Below are positions 8,009 to 17,064 of a stretch of DNA of 64,000 bases, one piece after another. The stretch is from Escherichia phage ukendt, in sequence record NC_052661.1; one strand, written 5' to 3'. The position numbers and the translations under genes were made by a program. The notes beneath the pieces are model-generated. The model saw only the letters and a program-made list of their open reading frames with translations, did no database searches and was not told the origin of the DNA. Positions within the stretch are counted from its first letter, which is position 1; the number at the start of each line of letters is the position of its first letter.

Positions 8009-8231
8009 CATGAAACGCATGAAAATTCGTATTGAGAATGGTGGTGGTTATAAAGGATTGGCACATGCAAAATTTCCACTTGTGTTGGAAGCTACAGTGG
8101 AATACAGTGGGCTTGCTCATGTGCGATTCTCGAAGATGATGGAAGTGCAGGAATGGTTTTGGGACGAGATAGATGCACGAGAAGGAGAAGATTATGTTTT
8201 CTTTCCTCACGAATATAACATTGTCTATTAA
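8001..8231 (+). CDS. hypothetical protein (76 aa), DYVFF-motif pair with 12336
   Basis: ORF track; MKIRI...WF.E...EG.DYVFF shared with 12336-12557. Confidence 0.5.
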   Translation: MHNMKRMKIRIENGGGYKGLAHAKFPLVLEATVEYSGLAHVRFSKMMEVQEWFWDEIDAREGEDYVFFPHEYNIVY

Positions 8232-8234
8232 AGG

Positions 8235-8483
8235 TTGTGTGCAATGATCACACCACAACAGAATGAAGCAGCAATGGATCTTCTTGATAGTTTGTATTTC
8301 GATAATTGGTACTCTGAATGTGAATGGATGAATGTGCAAACTCTGAAAGAGAAGACAGAAGCGTTGATTACCGTAGATCAATTTCTTGCAGAGACGGAAA
8401 GAATGAATTATGATATGGCATCTCGCGCACGACGCGTTTCCATTTTCAATAAAATGTTAGCATTATGGGGAGGTAGAAAATGA
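8235..8483 (+). CDS. hypothetical protein (82 aa)
   Basis: ORF track. Confidence 0.5.
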   Translation: MCAMITPQQNEAAMDLLDSLYFDNWYSECEWMNVQTLKEKTEALITVDQFLAETERMNYDMASRARRVSIFNKMLALWGGRK

Positions 8484-8941
8484 GACAATTCACTATACTG
8501 GCAGCTTATGTGCAATGTGTTCACGACTATGTTAGTGCTCATACAGGTGTGCTGGAAGTTACCAGTAAAATTGAAGGTAATATGGGTACTGTCTGTGTGC
8601 AACATACTTTATCCAATGTGCCGTTTAAAGTGTTCACTGTTGTAGCTGCCGATTACAATCGTGTAGATGTGCGTTTCTTGGATCATAATTTTCGTAACGC
8701 ACTAGATAATATCGAAGATTATCTTCCCGTGAAACCTTTGTCATTTCCACCGAGTCGTGCAAATAATGTAGTGACAAACCTTAATGAAAGGAATGTGGCT
8801 ATGCACAAAAAAGTTCGTCAATTGAAAATGCTGATGGAAATGCAAGAAGAGATTGAAAAAGAACTGAAAGAAGATTTCGGTATGCTTCCAAAAGACGCTT
8901 TGAAATGGTATGATGAACTAGGAGGAGAAAGTTATGAATAA
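8480..8941 (+). CDS. hypothetical protein (153 aa)
   Basis: ORF track; RBS ggaggtagaaa; ATGA overlap. Confidence 0.55.
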   Translation: MRQFTILAAYVQCVHDYVSAHTGVLEVTSKIEGNMGTVCVQHTLSNVPFKVFTVVAADYNRVDVRFLDHNFRNALDNIEDYLPVKPLSFPPSRANNVVTNLNERNVAMHKKVRQLKMLMEMQEEIEKELKEDFGMLPKDALKWYDELGGESYE

Positions 8942-9128
8942 AGGAACTACTGTATATTTAGTGACTAAGAACACCCCAGGTTGGAATCAGTGCACAACAA
9001 CTCCATATAAAGTCTGTGCAACACTGGAATTAGCACAACGTGCAGAAGCAGAAGTTGATGCTATGCAATACAGCTACGGTGAAATCATTCCTTTTACTCT
9101 TGAACAAGAAGGAGCACATCATGTTTAA
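8934..9128 (+). CDS. hypothetical protein (64 aa)
   Basis: ORF track; RBS ggaggagaaagtt. Confidence 0.5.
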   Translation: MNKGTTVYLVTKNTPGWNQCTTTPYKVCATLELAQRAEAEVDAMQYSYGEIIPFTLEQEGAHHV

Positions 9129-9906
9129 AGTAGGTTTTGTTTATAATTTCAAATCGGAAGATACCAAAAAGAATTTTGGTAAAGCCAGTATTCGTAACGC
9201 TTTCTTTGTAGGTTGCATTCAAGATAGTAAGTTTAAAGTTTTAGATGTTGATTTTCTAGGTTCTGTGTCAAAGGTGAAGGTATTAGACACAAATAAGATC
9301 ATCGAAGGTAGTTCTGGGCTTTTTCCTGAAGGCTATAAGCTTGTAAGTTGTATAGATTATAGTCGTTTTGAAGAACATCCTCCTGAAGATTATGAGGATT
9401 CTCCTACAGGAGGTTGTGTCTTTGTAGAAGGTGGTGTCTATAAGTTTGCAAGTGAACAAGATCGTAAGCTTTTCGCCAATTATATTGACGGCGGACAAAC
9501 GACAAACAATGTAAACCGAAAAATTTCCGATCTTATTGGCGATGATCCTTTCGTGATCACAAAGATGGTTGGACAAGATGTAACAGCAATCCGTAGGCTT
9601 GTATGTAATACAAATCATGTAGCAGGTGAAGGTTGGTTCAAGGAAGCTTGTGCGCTGCTAATCAAAAGTGATAACCCTTATTTTAAAAATATTAAAGATG
9701 TTGTTGAGCCTAAACAAGAGGAACCCGCAGCGAATTTTAAACACTATGCTATTGTTAAAGGTATGAATGTCCAACTGGTGTCACATTCTTACGAAGAGAT
9801 CGCCACAGAAGCAAAAAAGATGAAGGAAGAATACCCAATTTCTACTGTTGAGATCTATGAGCGTATTGGTGTTGTTAGTATTGAGCCTACTGCGGTAATA
9901 AAATAA
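9121..9906 (+). CDS. hypothetical protein (261 aa), N-terminus MFKV paralogous to 9916
   Basis: In-frame ATG after RBS aaggagcacatc; track start 9040 overlaps upstream gene. Confidence 0.55.
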   Translation: MFKVGFVYNFKSEDTKKNFGKASIRNAFFVGCIQDSKFKVLDVDFLGSVSKVKVLDTNKIIEGSSGLFPEGYKLVSCIDYSRFEEHPPEDYEDSPTGGCVFVEGGVYKFASEQDRKLFANYIDGGQTTNNVNRKISDLIGDDPFVITKMVGQDVTAIRRLVCNTNHVAGEGWFKEACALLIKSDNPYFKNIKDVVEPKQEEPAANFKHYAIVKGMNVQLVSHSYEEIATEAKKMKEEYPISTVEIYERIGVVSIEPTAVIK

Positions 9907-9915
9907 GGAGCTATT

Positions 9916-10353
9916 ATGTTCAAAGTTAATGCTGTTTACTGTTTCAAAAGCAAAGCTGCATGTGAAGCTTTCTCTATGATCTCTGATGAAAATTTCAAAA
10001 TGGCAGCTTTGATTGAAGGGTCTTGTTTCCGCGTCGAAGATGTTAGTGAATCAGGGTCTGTTTGCTCATTGACTTTATTGGACAGCGGAGATATTATTGA
10101 AGCTGGACAGTATCCGTTCAGAAGTTGGGAGATATTGTTAGCTCGCGGAGAGCGTAACTTTTTTATGTGCGTGTCTGCGGGGGAAGTTGTGAAAGAAACT
10201 AAGGATGTTTCTGTTTACAATTCTGAATTTATAAGTTATAGTGAGTATCAACATCTGGAAGGCATTGTTGGTCACTTGTTATCTCTGATTGACATTGAAT
10301 GTGACTTGCCTGAATCATTGAAAGAAGAGTTGAAAGCATTAGATCTGCTGTAA
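9916..10353 (+). CDS. hypothetical protein (145 aa), MFKV-type N-terminus
   Basis: ORF track; RBS aataaggagctatt. Confidence 0.55.
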   Translation: MFKVNAVYCFKSKAACEAFSMISDENFKMAALIEGSCFRVEDVSESGSVCSLTLLDSGDIIEAGQYPFRSWEILLARGERNFFMCVSAGEVVKETKDVSVYNSEFISYSEYQHLEGIVGHLLSLIDIECDLPESLKEELKALDLL

Positions 10354-10380
10354 TGTTCCGCACAACGAAAGGAGAATAAA

Positions 10381-10680
10381 ATGAATCTGACCGAACAGTT
10401 ACGCCGTATTGCAAAAGAAGCTTCCTTCAACTTCCCTGTTGAAGAAGTGATCGAGACATGTTTTGCTGAAGCACGAGCGGGAAACTCTTCAAGAAATTTC
10501 ACGCCATCTGATTTTGGTCTGGATAATTCCCCTACCCACCCAGGGGAGATCTACAATCAGGTGAAGTGGATGGATGAAGCAGTAGCAATTCTTCGTGAGC
10601 GTGGGCTTATTGTTTATAAAGAAATGGATCTGAACGGGGCATACGAGTGGATCACTATTGATTGGTCGGAGGTGAAATAA
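10381..10680 (+). CDS. hypothetical protein (99 aa)
   Basis: ORF track; RBS aaaggagaataaa. Confidence 0.55.
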   Translation: MNLTEQLRRIAKEASFNFPVEEVIETCFAEARAGNSSRNFTPSDFGLDNSPTHPGEIYNQVKWMDEAVAILRERGLIVYKEMDLNGAYEWITIDWSEVK

Positions 10681-10889
10681 TGGTTACTATCACATTGACA
10701 GTTACACAAGAGCAAGCAGAAGAATTACGTGATGCAGTGGCATACATGGGACGCTCTTATTATATGCCTTATAAATCACAAGATGTTTTTGCTACAGCCA
10801 TTGAGAAAGCTTTAAACAAATATCGAGAAACTCATGCCGTTCCTAAAGTATCAGCAGAAGAGTTTGGCACTTGGCACGAAGTTAACTAA
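10680..10889 (+). CDS. hypothetical protein (69 aa)
   Basis: In-frame ATG after RBS ggaggtgaaata; 1-nt overlap with upstream stop. Confidence 0.5.
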   Translation: MVTITLTVTQEQAEELRDAVAYMGRSYYMPYKSQDVFATAIEKALNKYRETHAVPKVSAEEFGTWHEVN

Positions 10890-10899
10890 GGAGGTATCG

Positions 10900-11133
10900 A
10901 TGAAAGGTAACAAGATGAAAGTTAATCAGGTACCGAGTGCATACACTTTGTGGCTTGCGCGAGCGTTACACCAGACGATCAAAAATCCTAAGAAGCCAAT
11001 GAAGAGTGGGAAGAAGTTTATGTCTAAGGGCAAAACAACCTTTGGCTTCACTCGTATGTCTGTTAAGATGGAAAGGCTGGGGTACAAGCCAAACTACGCT
11101 CGTTACCCTTCCGAATACAACTGGTTTGACTAA
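10900..11133 (+). CDS. hypothetical basic protein (77 aa)
   Basis: In-frame ATG after RBS taaggaggtatcg. Confidence 0.5.
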   Translation: MKGNKMKVNQVPSAYTLWLARALHQTIKNPKKPMKSGKKFMSKGKTTFGFTRMSVKMERLGYKPNYARYPSEYNWFD

Positions 11134-11148
11134 AGAGGAGAACAAAAC

Positions 11149-11433
11149 ATGAAAACATCTATTCGCGTGAAACATGATCCGAACAGCAGTTACCCATACG
11201 TGTATGTTGAACGTCATGAAGGGGACTATTACACCATAAAACGTAAAGTCCCAACTGACACAGGGTTTAACTTCGATGTTATCGCACTGGATGATCAAGG
11301 TGTTGATAATCTGGTGAATGCATTACTCGCATTGAAGGAAGTACGACATGAAAATCAGACTAAAGGTAAAGTGGCTTTCGATTCTTGTGATCGTTTAGCC
11401 GAAGAGATTGCCGAATGGCGTGATACTCACTAA
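11149..11433 (+). CDS. hypothetical protein (94 aa)
   Basis: ORF track; RBS aaagaggagaacaaaac. Confidence 0.55.
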   Translation: MKTSIRVKHDPNSSYPYVYVERHEGDYYTIKRKVPTDTGFNFDVIALDDQGVDNLVNALLALKEVRHENQTKGKVAFDSCDRLAEEIAEWRDTH

Positions 11434-11448
11434 AACAGGAGAAAGATT

Positions 11449-11625
11449 ATGGCTACTTTTCAACAACTCAAAGATGTTTCACGTTTAGTAAGAAAAATCC
11501 GAGAAGCAGACGCTGCTGTGCGGAATGCATTAACGCCAGCAGAGCGTGAAGATCTTGAAGAGGAGGTGAAAACAGCCGAGAATGCTTTTGCTGCGTATCT
11601 TTCAACACTGTACACAGGAGGTTAA
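11449..11625 (+). CDS. hypothetical protein (58 aa)
   Basis: ATG after RBS aacaggagaaagatt; fills gap between track ORFs. Confidence 0.45.
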   Translation: MATFQQLKDVSRLVRKIREADAAVRNALTPAEREDLEEEVKTAENAFAAYLSTLYTGG

Positions 11626-11940
11626 ATGTCAGAAGAACTTAAAGAATTTTATCAGGCATATCATAACTGGCTGTTAGCTGGTGCTCCAGATAATAATCCT
11701 TTCTGGCACGATAAAGGGTTATGTAGTTGCCTCTACCTTTGGACTGGTGGTTACGATGATCTAAATTATGAAATGCAAATGCAATTTCGAGAAGCAGGGT
11801 TGTCTGAAGAATACCCGTTTGATGACGGGGACAGGTTTAAATATGATTTTGCACAAAGAAACGGGCTGCTACATTTGAATGCTGCCCGTATAAAATGGGT
11901 AAAAGATCATGCTACACAGGAGGATGTGCAATGCCTATAG
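11626..11940 (+). CDS. hypothetical protein, WVKDR paralog family member 2
   Basis: ORF track; conserved GLCSCL and KWVKDH motifs. Confidence 0.6.
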   Translation: MSEELKEFYQAYHNWLLAGAPDNNPFWHDKGLCSCLYLWTGGYDDLNYEMQMQFREAGLSEEYPFDDGDRFKYDFAQRNGLLHLNAARIKWVKDHATQEDVQCL

Positions 11941-12131
11941 TGTTTGTTTTCTTGGCGATTGTTATTGTAGTTCTTTTCGCTGCATGGCTTTGGGATTTTG
12001 ACCCAGGAGCCGCGCAGCAAAGAGCTACAGACTTGAAAGAACAATGTATTGTGCTCAAACATGAACGAAATGCGGAGAAATTTCTTGACCTGGAGTGTGA
12101 TCGCCTTGTAAGATACAAGCAAGATAAATAA
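11931..12131 (+). CDS. hypothetical membrane protein (66 aa)
   Basis: In-frame ATG; hydrophobic MPIVFVFLAIVIVVLFAAWLW. Confidence 0.45.
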   Translation: MPIVFVFLAIVIVVLFAAWLWDFDPGAAQQRATDLKEQCIVLKHERNAEKFLDLECDRLVRYKQDK

Positions 12132-12145
12132 CCTTGAGGTGCAAA

Positions 12146-12334
12146 ATGGTAATTGAGATTAAACTTGAATATGCTGGGGCTGTTGCCTTGATCGCACAAA
12201 TGCTTGGAGCAAAGATTGAAGAAGTGTATATCAATGCCTGGAGCGTAGAGATTGATGTTCCTATGGATAACATTGCTAATCGCTTGCTGGTAGCAGAGTG
12301 TGAACGCACCAACATAATCTACAAAGGAGCATAA
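12146..12334 (+). CDS. hypothetical protein (62 aa)
   Basis: In-frame ATG; track start 12134 is TTG. Confidence 0.45.
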   Translation: MVIEIKLEYAGAVALIAQMLGAKIEEVYINAWSVEIDVPMDNIANRLLVAECERTNIIYKGA

Positions 12335-12335
12335 T

Positions 12336-12557
12336 ATGAAAATTAGAGTTTGTGATGTATTGGGTTATGTTGGTTTTGAGAATGTTCAGATTCCTTTTGT
12401 TGTTGAAGCACATCTTGTTAGCGATGATATGACAACATTCTTTGTTACGATAGAAGAAATGTCTAAAGTTGAGGGATGGGAGTGGTTTGAAGAAGATGTT
12501 TGGGAAGGTTGTGATTACGTATTTTTCTCTGACGAAGTGAATGTTCTTTCGGAGTAG
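12336..12557 (+). CDS. hypothetical protein (73 aa), DYVFF-motif pair with 8001
   Basis: ORF track; RBS caaaggagcataat. Confidence 0.5.
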   Translation: MKIRVCDVLGYVGFENVQIPFVVEAHLVSDDMTTFFVTIEEMSKVEGWEWFEEDVWEGCDYVFFSDEVNVLSE

Positions 12558-12559
12558 GT

Positions 12560-12766
12560 ATGTCTTGTTTTACAAAAGCAGTGTCCATATGTAAGAAACA
12601 GTATGAAAGTGATTACGGAATATTTAATCTTCCAGTGGATCATACGGAGTATTGTTCATGTGGTGGCAGGATGAAGAAAACAGTGATTTATGCGGATAAT
12701 GGAGATGAACTTGTTCCGGTTATGGTTTGCAAAGCTTGTCATTCTGTTAAAACATTAAAAGCGTAA
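12560..12766 (+). CDS. hypothetical Cys-rich (zinc-ribbon-like) protein (68 aa)
   Basis: ORF track; CSCGG...CKACH pattern. Confidence 0.5.
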   Translation: MSCFTKAVSICKKQYESDYGIFNLPVDHTEYCSCGGRMKKTVIYADNGDELVPVMVCKACHSVKTLKA

Positions 12767-12861
12767 GGAGTCGGGACACCCGACGATTGGAGCTAAAAAT
12801 TTTGCGTACAACCCTTTCCGCCCAACAGGGGCGCGTCGGGTAAATAAAGAGGAGAGTTTAT

Positions 12862-13260
12862 ATGAAAAAGATCATCGTAGGTTTCTTGTTACTCATTGCA
12901 TCACTTGGAACAGCAAGTGCGTCTCAAGTTTATGAGTGTGTGTCAGATGTGGTTGTTAAAAATCTGAAAGGTGAAGTGATTTCTGGTCCTAAGAAAATGG
13001 CTTCTGTTATCATTAATAAAGATAACTCCTTTATCCTTAAAAATTCGGGTGGTGCTTTGATGAGTGGCATTCTGCAATACACAGGAGAAAAAAGTAAAGA
13101 TGGTAGTGCTATGTACGGTTCACAACAGTTTATTGGCACTACTGAAGTTGTGATGATGCGCACAGAGTATCGAGACACTTTGGCTTGGTTTGCATTTCTA
13201 AAAAATGATAAAACAATAACGAATGTTCTTACTCTAGAAGCTGATTGCACGCAACGATAA
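12862..13260 (+). CDS. hypothetical secreted protein or lipoprotein (132 aa)
   Basis: ORF track; signal-like N-terminus MKKIIVGFLLLIASLGTASA. Confidence 0.55.
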   Translation: MKKIIVGFLLLIASLGTASASQVYECVSDVVVKNLKGEVISGPKKMASVIINKDNSFILKNSGGALMSGILQYTGEKSKDGSAMYGSQQFIGTTEVVMMRTEYRDTLAWFAFLKNDKTITNVLTLEADCTQR

Positions 13261-13269
13261 GGGGTATTT

Positions 13270-13716
13270 ATGACTAAAATGAGACATTATGCTGTAAACT
13301 GTAACGATGTTTGGCGTTTGTGTCCTGATGATCCGACAGAAGGCACATTTGTAAGATATGAGGATTATAAAGAGTTATCAGATGCTGTGATCGCATTGTT
13401 AACTGATATCCGTTCACGTTATCCAGGACAAGATTTCACTTGCCCTCACATCAAACTTCTTGCTTGTCTGGTAGAAGGTGAGAAAGAAGTGGAAGATGGC
13501 TTCAAGCGTGTAGAGTATCAAGGTGAAACTTTAGAGGTTCCTGAATTTGTTAATTATATTGCAACAGATTCGAGTGGCGAGCGTTATGGCTACAGCCATA
13601 AGCCAGAGATTCCTGATTGGATTCCCGCTTGGAGATATTCCGTTAGTACCGGAGACTATATCTTCCTTGGTGTAGGTAGTAGTAAGGATTGGCGTTTCTC
13701 TTTGACAGAGGTTTAA
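13270..13716 (+). CDS. hypothetical protein (148 aa)
   Basis: ORF track. Confidence 0.55.
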   Translation: MTKMRHYAVNCNDVWRLCPDDPTEGTFVRYEDYKELSDAVIALLTDIRSRYPGQDFTCPHIKLLACLVEGEKEVEDGFKRVEYQGETLEVPEFVNYIATDSSGERYGYSHKPEIPDWIPAWRYSVSTGDYIFLGVGSSKDWRFSLTEV

Positions 13717-13720
13717 TAAT

Positions 13721-13984
13721 ATGAAAGAGACATTGCCAGCAGCATACCGTTTGAATGATGAACGTATTTGGGAGTGGACCGACGTTTCTTGTTTTTACCC
13801 TGAAATAGTTCAATATTGGCGAGCGAAAGGGTGTGTTGTAGTTATCAACCCTTGTGGACCAGTAGATGAAGATTGCTTGTATCTCGATGGAAAGTGGCAC
13901 AGTTATTGTCGCTGGCCTTTTGAGTGGATGTGTAAAGAAGATCTCCCAGAGGGTTGGGAGTATCCAAAAGCAAATAGGAGATAA
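13721..13984 (+). CDS. hypothetical protein (87 aa)
   Basis: ORF track. Confidence 0.5.
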   Translation: MKETLPAAYRLNDERIWEWTDVSCFYPEIVQYWRAKGCVVVINPCGPVDEDCLYLDGKWHSYCRWPFEWMCKEDLPEGWEYPKANRR

Positions 13985-13985
13985 T

Positions 13986-14348
13986 ATGTCTAAAGATTTT
14001 GTTGAAGTGTTTGTCAAAGACGAAGAAACTGGTTTAGGCACAGGTTTCATTTGTGAAGAAACCTTTAAGCGTGAACAAGAAAAAGCTATTCTTATGCGAA
14101 ACTATGATCACGCATTAGAACAATGGAAAAATGCAGAACAAAAATGCAAAAACCTTTATGCAGAAAATAGAAAACTACAAGATCAAATGGAGTTGTTAGC
14201 TATCAGTTTACGATCTCTCATTTTGGCTGTAGAAGATGGTTTTAAAAATCCAGATGGTTTTCCTGTGAGCGATATTGAACATGATTTGTATCTTGCTCGT
14301 GGTGCTTACTTTTATGTTAAACAGAAGTCTGTAGAAGGAGAGAAGTGA
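13986..14348 (+). CDS. hypothetical protein (120 aa)
   Basis: In-frame ATG after RBS aataggagataat; track start 13866 overlaps upstream gene. Confidence 0.5.
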   Translation: MSKDFVEVFVKDEETGLGTGFICEETFKREQEKAILMRNYDHALEQWKNAEQKCKNLYAENRKLQDQMELLAISLRSLILAVEDGFKNPDGFPVSDIEHDLYLARGAYFYVKQKSVEGEK

Positions 14349-14545
14349 TGGAAGAAAAACTGGAACGTATTATCGAGTTAGCCATGTCTATTGGCTACGA
14401 CGATTGTTTTATCCAAACTATTGGAGAAACACAGAACGATTACGACTCTTGGGTGAAAGAGTTGGAAGAACTCAAAACTTCCTTGATTGCTGACTTTGCT
14501 GAAGCAGAGGATAAAGCAGATCGTTACAACTATCTGTGTCGATAA
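14348..14545 (+). CDS. hypothetical protein (65 aa)
   Basis: TGATG overlap with upstream stop; RBS gaaggagagaag. Confidence 0.5.
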   Translation: MEEKLERIIELAMSIGYDDCFIQTIGETQNDYDSWVKELEELKTSLIADFAEAEDKADRYNYLCR

Positions 14546-14548
14546 ACC

Positions 14549-14585
14549 TTGACATTTATTTTATGTATGGTATACATACATTATC
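14549..14585 (+). promoter_or_regulatory. putative sigma70 promoter (TTGACA)
   Basis: -35 at 14549-14554 in intergenic gap before 14608 gene. Confidence 0.4.
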
Positions 14586-14607
14586 AACGTGAGCAAGGTG
14601 GTGTAAT

Positions 14608-14880
14608 ATGAATAAAGATCGGTTTCTTTCTTTAGTCGCGGAAGCGCCTTTTGATGTTCTTGGGGTGAGATTATGGAAAGACAGAAACTATGGGTTAGAT
14701 GTTCAAACATATTCTCTTTGGTTGGTTGGGGAGCACAGCTTAGATGAAAGCTTGTGCATGGGTAGGGATTCTCGTTCCCTTTGTTTAAAGTTCAGAAGCT
14801 TAGAACGCGCAAACAAAGAGCAAGAAAAACTAACGAGGTGGCTAAATGAAAACAAGCACAGGGTTGATGGAGTTTTATAA
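14608..14880 (+). CDS. hypothetical protein (90 aa)
   Basis: ORF track; RBS aaggtggtgtaat. Confidence 0.5.
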   Translation: MNKDRFLSLVAEAPFDVLGVRLWKDRNYGLDVQTYSLWLVGEHSLDESLCMGRDSRSLCLKFRSLERANKEQEKLTRWLNENKHRVDGVL

Positions 14881-15172
14881 AATTTATCTAGCATGGATTG
14901 ATGTTGGTGCTCCTGATGGTAAACCTTTTCGGCGGGATTGTGGTTTGTGTGCCAACTTGTTCGATTATGTGCACAGAGGTAATTACAACCCCATTATAAC
15001 AACCTTGTCAGATGAAATGCACGCACAGTTTTACCATAAAGGGTTGAATCAAGGACTCCCTTTCAATGAGAACTACGATGCATATGTCTTAGAGTCAGAT
15101 GCAGATGCCTGTCACCTGAACGTGGACAGAATTAATTGGGTAAGAGATCGTATTGCAGAGGAGGATGAATAA
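14846..15172 (+). CDS. hypothetical protein, WVKDR paralog family member 3
   Basis: ORF track; GLCANL and NWVRDRI motifs. Confidence 0.6.
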   Translation: MKTSTGLMEFYKIYLAWIDVGAPDGKPFRRDCGLCANLFDYVHRGNYNPIITTLSDEMHAQFYHKGLNQGLPFNENYDAYVLESDADACHLNVDRINWVRDRIAEEDE

Positions 15173-15399
15173 TGTCGGATTATAACTGGTATGAACTTGA
15201 AGCTGTTTGTCAGTTTTATGATTCAATAGTTCTACGTGATCCAATCTGTCAAGAATTGAGTCGCCGTGCAAGTGCATTGGCAATCCGTGTTAAAATAAAT
15301 GGTTGGAACCCAGACTTGGAAAAAGAGTTGGAATTTCTCTTAGAAACAACACGTGTCTTCCACAAAGTGTTCCCTGAATGGTTCGAGATGGAAGAATGA
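15172..15399 (+). CDS. hypothetical protein (75 aa)
   Basis: ORF track; TAATG overlap. Confidence 0.5.
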   Translation: MSDYNWYELEAVCQFYDSIVLRDPICQELSRRASALAIRVKINGWNPDLEKELEFLLETTRVFHKVFPEWFEMEE

Positions 15400-15617
15400 T
15401 CATGTGGATTGTACGTCTTAAATATGATGGCCCTGATCCTTGGGTGCATAACGTTTGCGGTTGTGATTCCGAAGAAGCAGCACATAAAGCAGGAAGAGCA
15501 GTAAGTGCCTTCTATAATGACAAACCTTTTTGTTTAGAAATGGCAGGTGTGGTTTGTATGAGCATGTTCGAATACTACTCTTATGAAATCAAAGAACACC
15601 AAGGGGAATGGAAATAA
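15396..15617 (+). CDS. hypothetical Cys-containing protein (73 aa)
   Basis: In-frame ATG; ATGA overlap with upstream gene. Confidence 0.45.
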   Translation: MIMWIVRLKYDGPDPWVHNVCGCDSEEAAHKAGRAVSAFYNDKPFCLEMAGVVCMSMFEYYSYEIKEHQGEWK

Positions 15618-15621
15618 ATCG

Positions 15622-15650
15622 TTGACAGAAGGATCTGTCTTTGTCATAAT
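15622..15650 (+). promoter_or_regulatory. putative promoter TTGACA-N17-CATAAT
   Basis: hexamers at 15622-15627 and 15645-15650. Confidence 0.45.
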
Positions 15651-15679
15651 CATCTCATCGAAACAAAGAGGAGAAAATC

Positions 15680-16093
15680 ATGAAAAAGTTTATTTGCACC
15701 CGTTCCACTAACAGTGATATCCTTGTAGGTAAGGTTATCAAAGGAGAACTCTTCCATGCAAATGGTAAGAAATATATTCTGCTGAAAGATTCTTTCAACG
15801 GGGAATATCCGCGCTGCACTTTCTTCAATTACAACACTCCATTTGCTTTAGAAGGAGATGCTTGGGAATGGGCTGAACTCAATCCTTGTTATGAGGAAGA
15901 AGAATCTATGTTCTTAGGTTTAAACGTTTACCGTGTAGATTACACCATGTGCGGAGCGGAACATTCTGTTCGCGTAGAAGCCGAATCCAAACTACAAGCA
16001 CCTTTCAAGGCAGGATTGACTTTGGGTCATTGTTTGGCAAACATTGAAGATGTTGTGATCCAAAGAGTTGTTTTAGAGAAAGAGGCTATTTGA
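15680..16093 (+). CDS. hypothetical protein (137 aa)
   Basis: ORF track; RBS caaagaggagaaaatc. Confidence 0.55.
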   Translation: MKKFICTRSTNSDILVGKVIKGELFHANGKKYILLKDSFNGEYPRCTFFNYNTPFALEGDAWEWAELNPCYEEEESMFLGLNVYRVDYTMCGAEHSVRVEAESKLQAPFKAGLTLGHCLANIEDVVIQRVVLEKEAI

Positions 16094-16147
16094 CAGAAGA
16101 CGGTACAATATTTAAAATATAAAGATTAACCACAAAAGGAGAGAAAC

Positions 16148-16447
16148 ATGCAAGTTGAAGACCTGATCAAGATTCTGAATAAAGCCAAAGAGAAGGGTGC
16201 TATCAAAGACTGGAAACGTGAAACAAGTGAAGATTTATCTCATTGTTGTCGAGAATTTTACATTGAAGGTATTGCTAACGATCATTATACTATTGAATGG
16301 TATATTAACTTAATGACTCTTAAACACGGTTCATTTGAGGTTTGGTTTGATGACATTGATGTAAATGGTTTTCATCCTGGCTATAAAATCGCTATGCAGT
16401 TATCTTATCGTAGAGAAGTTGTAGCACATTTGGGTTTACATAACTAA
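16148..16447 (+). CDS. hypothetical protein (99 aa)
   Basis: ORF track; RBS caaaaggagagaaac. Confidence 0.55.
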   Translation: MQVEDLIKILNKAKEKGAIKDWKRETSEDLSHCCREFYIEGIANDHYTIEWYINLMTLKHGSFEVWFDDIDVNGFHPGYKIAMQLSYRREVVAHLGLHN

Positions 16448-16457
16448 GGAGAAAAGA

Positions 16458-16781
16458 ATGCAAGCAGTTGTTAACGAAGCTATTATGAACTTATCCTTCT
16501 TGTTAGCTGGTTTAGGAGGTGTTCTCATAGGTTTGGCTCTTATCTGGTGTATTCGTCGATTAATCGGGTACCGACAAAAAGGTGTTTCATGTTTTGTATC
16601 TTACAATTTTACAACTGCTTACAGCAATGAGGTTGGATCTGGTAATGCTCAAGCATTTTTACCAACATATCCTCCTACGGTGGAAGATATTCGAAACTTG
16701 GAAGTAGAACTTATGGGACTAAGTGATAACTATACATCTCTCGTTATTCAAAATATTTTTCGACTAAAACAGGAGGCGTGA
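16458..16781 (+). CDS. hypothetical membrane protein (107 aa)
   Basis: ORF track; hydrophobic N-terminal segment. Confidence 0.5.
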   Translation: MQAVVNEAIMNLSFLLAGLGGVLIGLALIWCIRRLIGYRQKGVSCFVSYNFTTAYSNEVGSGNAQAFLPTYPPTVEDIRNLEVELMGLSDNYTSLVIQNIFRLKQEA

Positions 16782-16994
16782 ATGAAGGCACATTACCCTC
16801 ATCCCTTTGATCCTAAAAACAAAGCCGTAATTCTTCGTCAGTGGCAACGGGTTTGTCGTACTAAATGTCCAATTAATAGCCAACACAATGTGGACAAGGA
16901 TTATCTTGGGACATTTGTTGAATACACTTACATAGACAAAAACAAGCGTAAACAACATGTCGAGGAATACTGCTTAAAAGTAGAATGGCTGTAA
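16782..16994 (+). CDS. hypothetical protein (70 aa)
   Basis: ORF track; RBS aaacaggaggcgtga. Confidence 0.5.
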   Translation: MKAHYPHPFDPKNKAVILRQWQRVCRTKCPINSQHNVDKDYLGTFVEYTYIDKNKRKQHVEEYCLKVEWL

Positions 16995-17006
16995 ATAATA
17001 AATACC

Positions 17007-17035
17007 TTGACAAGTGTTTATTCGTTTTGTAAAGT
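17007..17035 (+). promoter_or_regulatory. putative promoter TTGACA-N17-TAAAGT
   Basis: hexamers 17007-17012 and 17030-17035 upstream of recombinase gene. Confidence 0.45.
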
Positions 17036-17064
17036 GAGAATACAGCAATGGTTTAGGAGTGGTT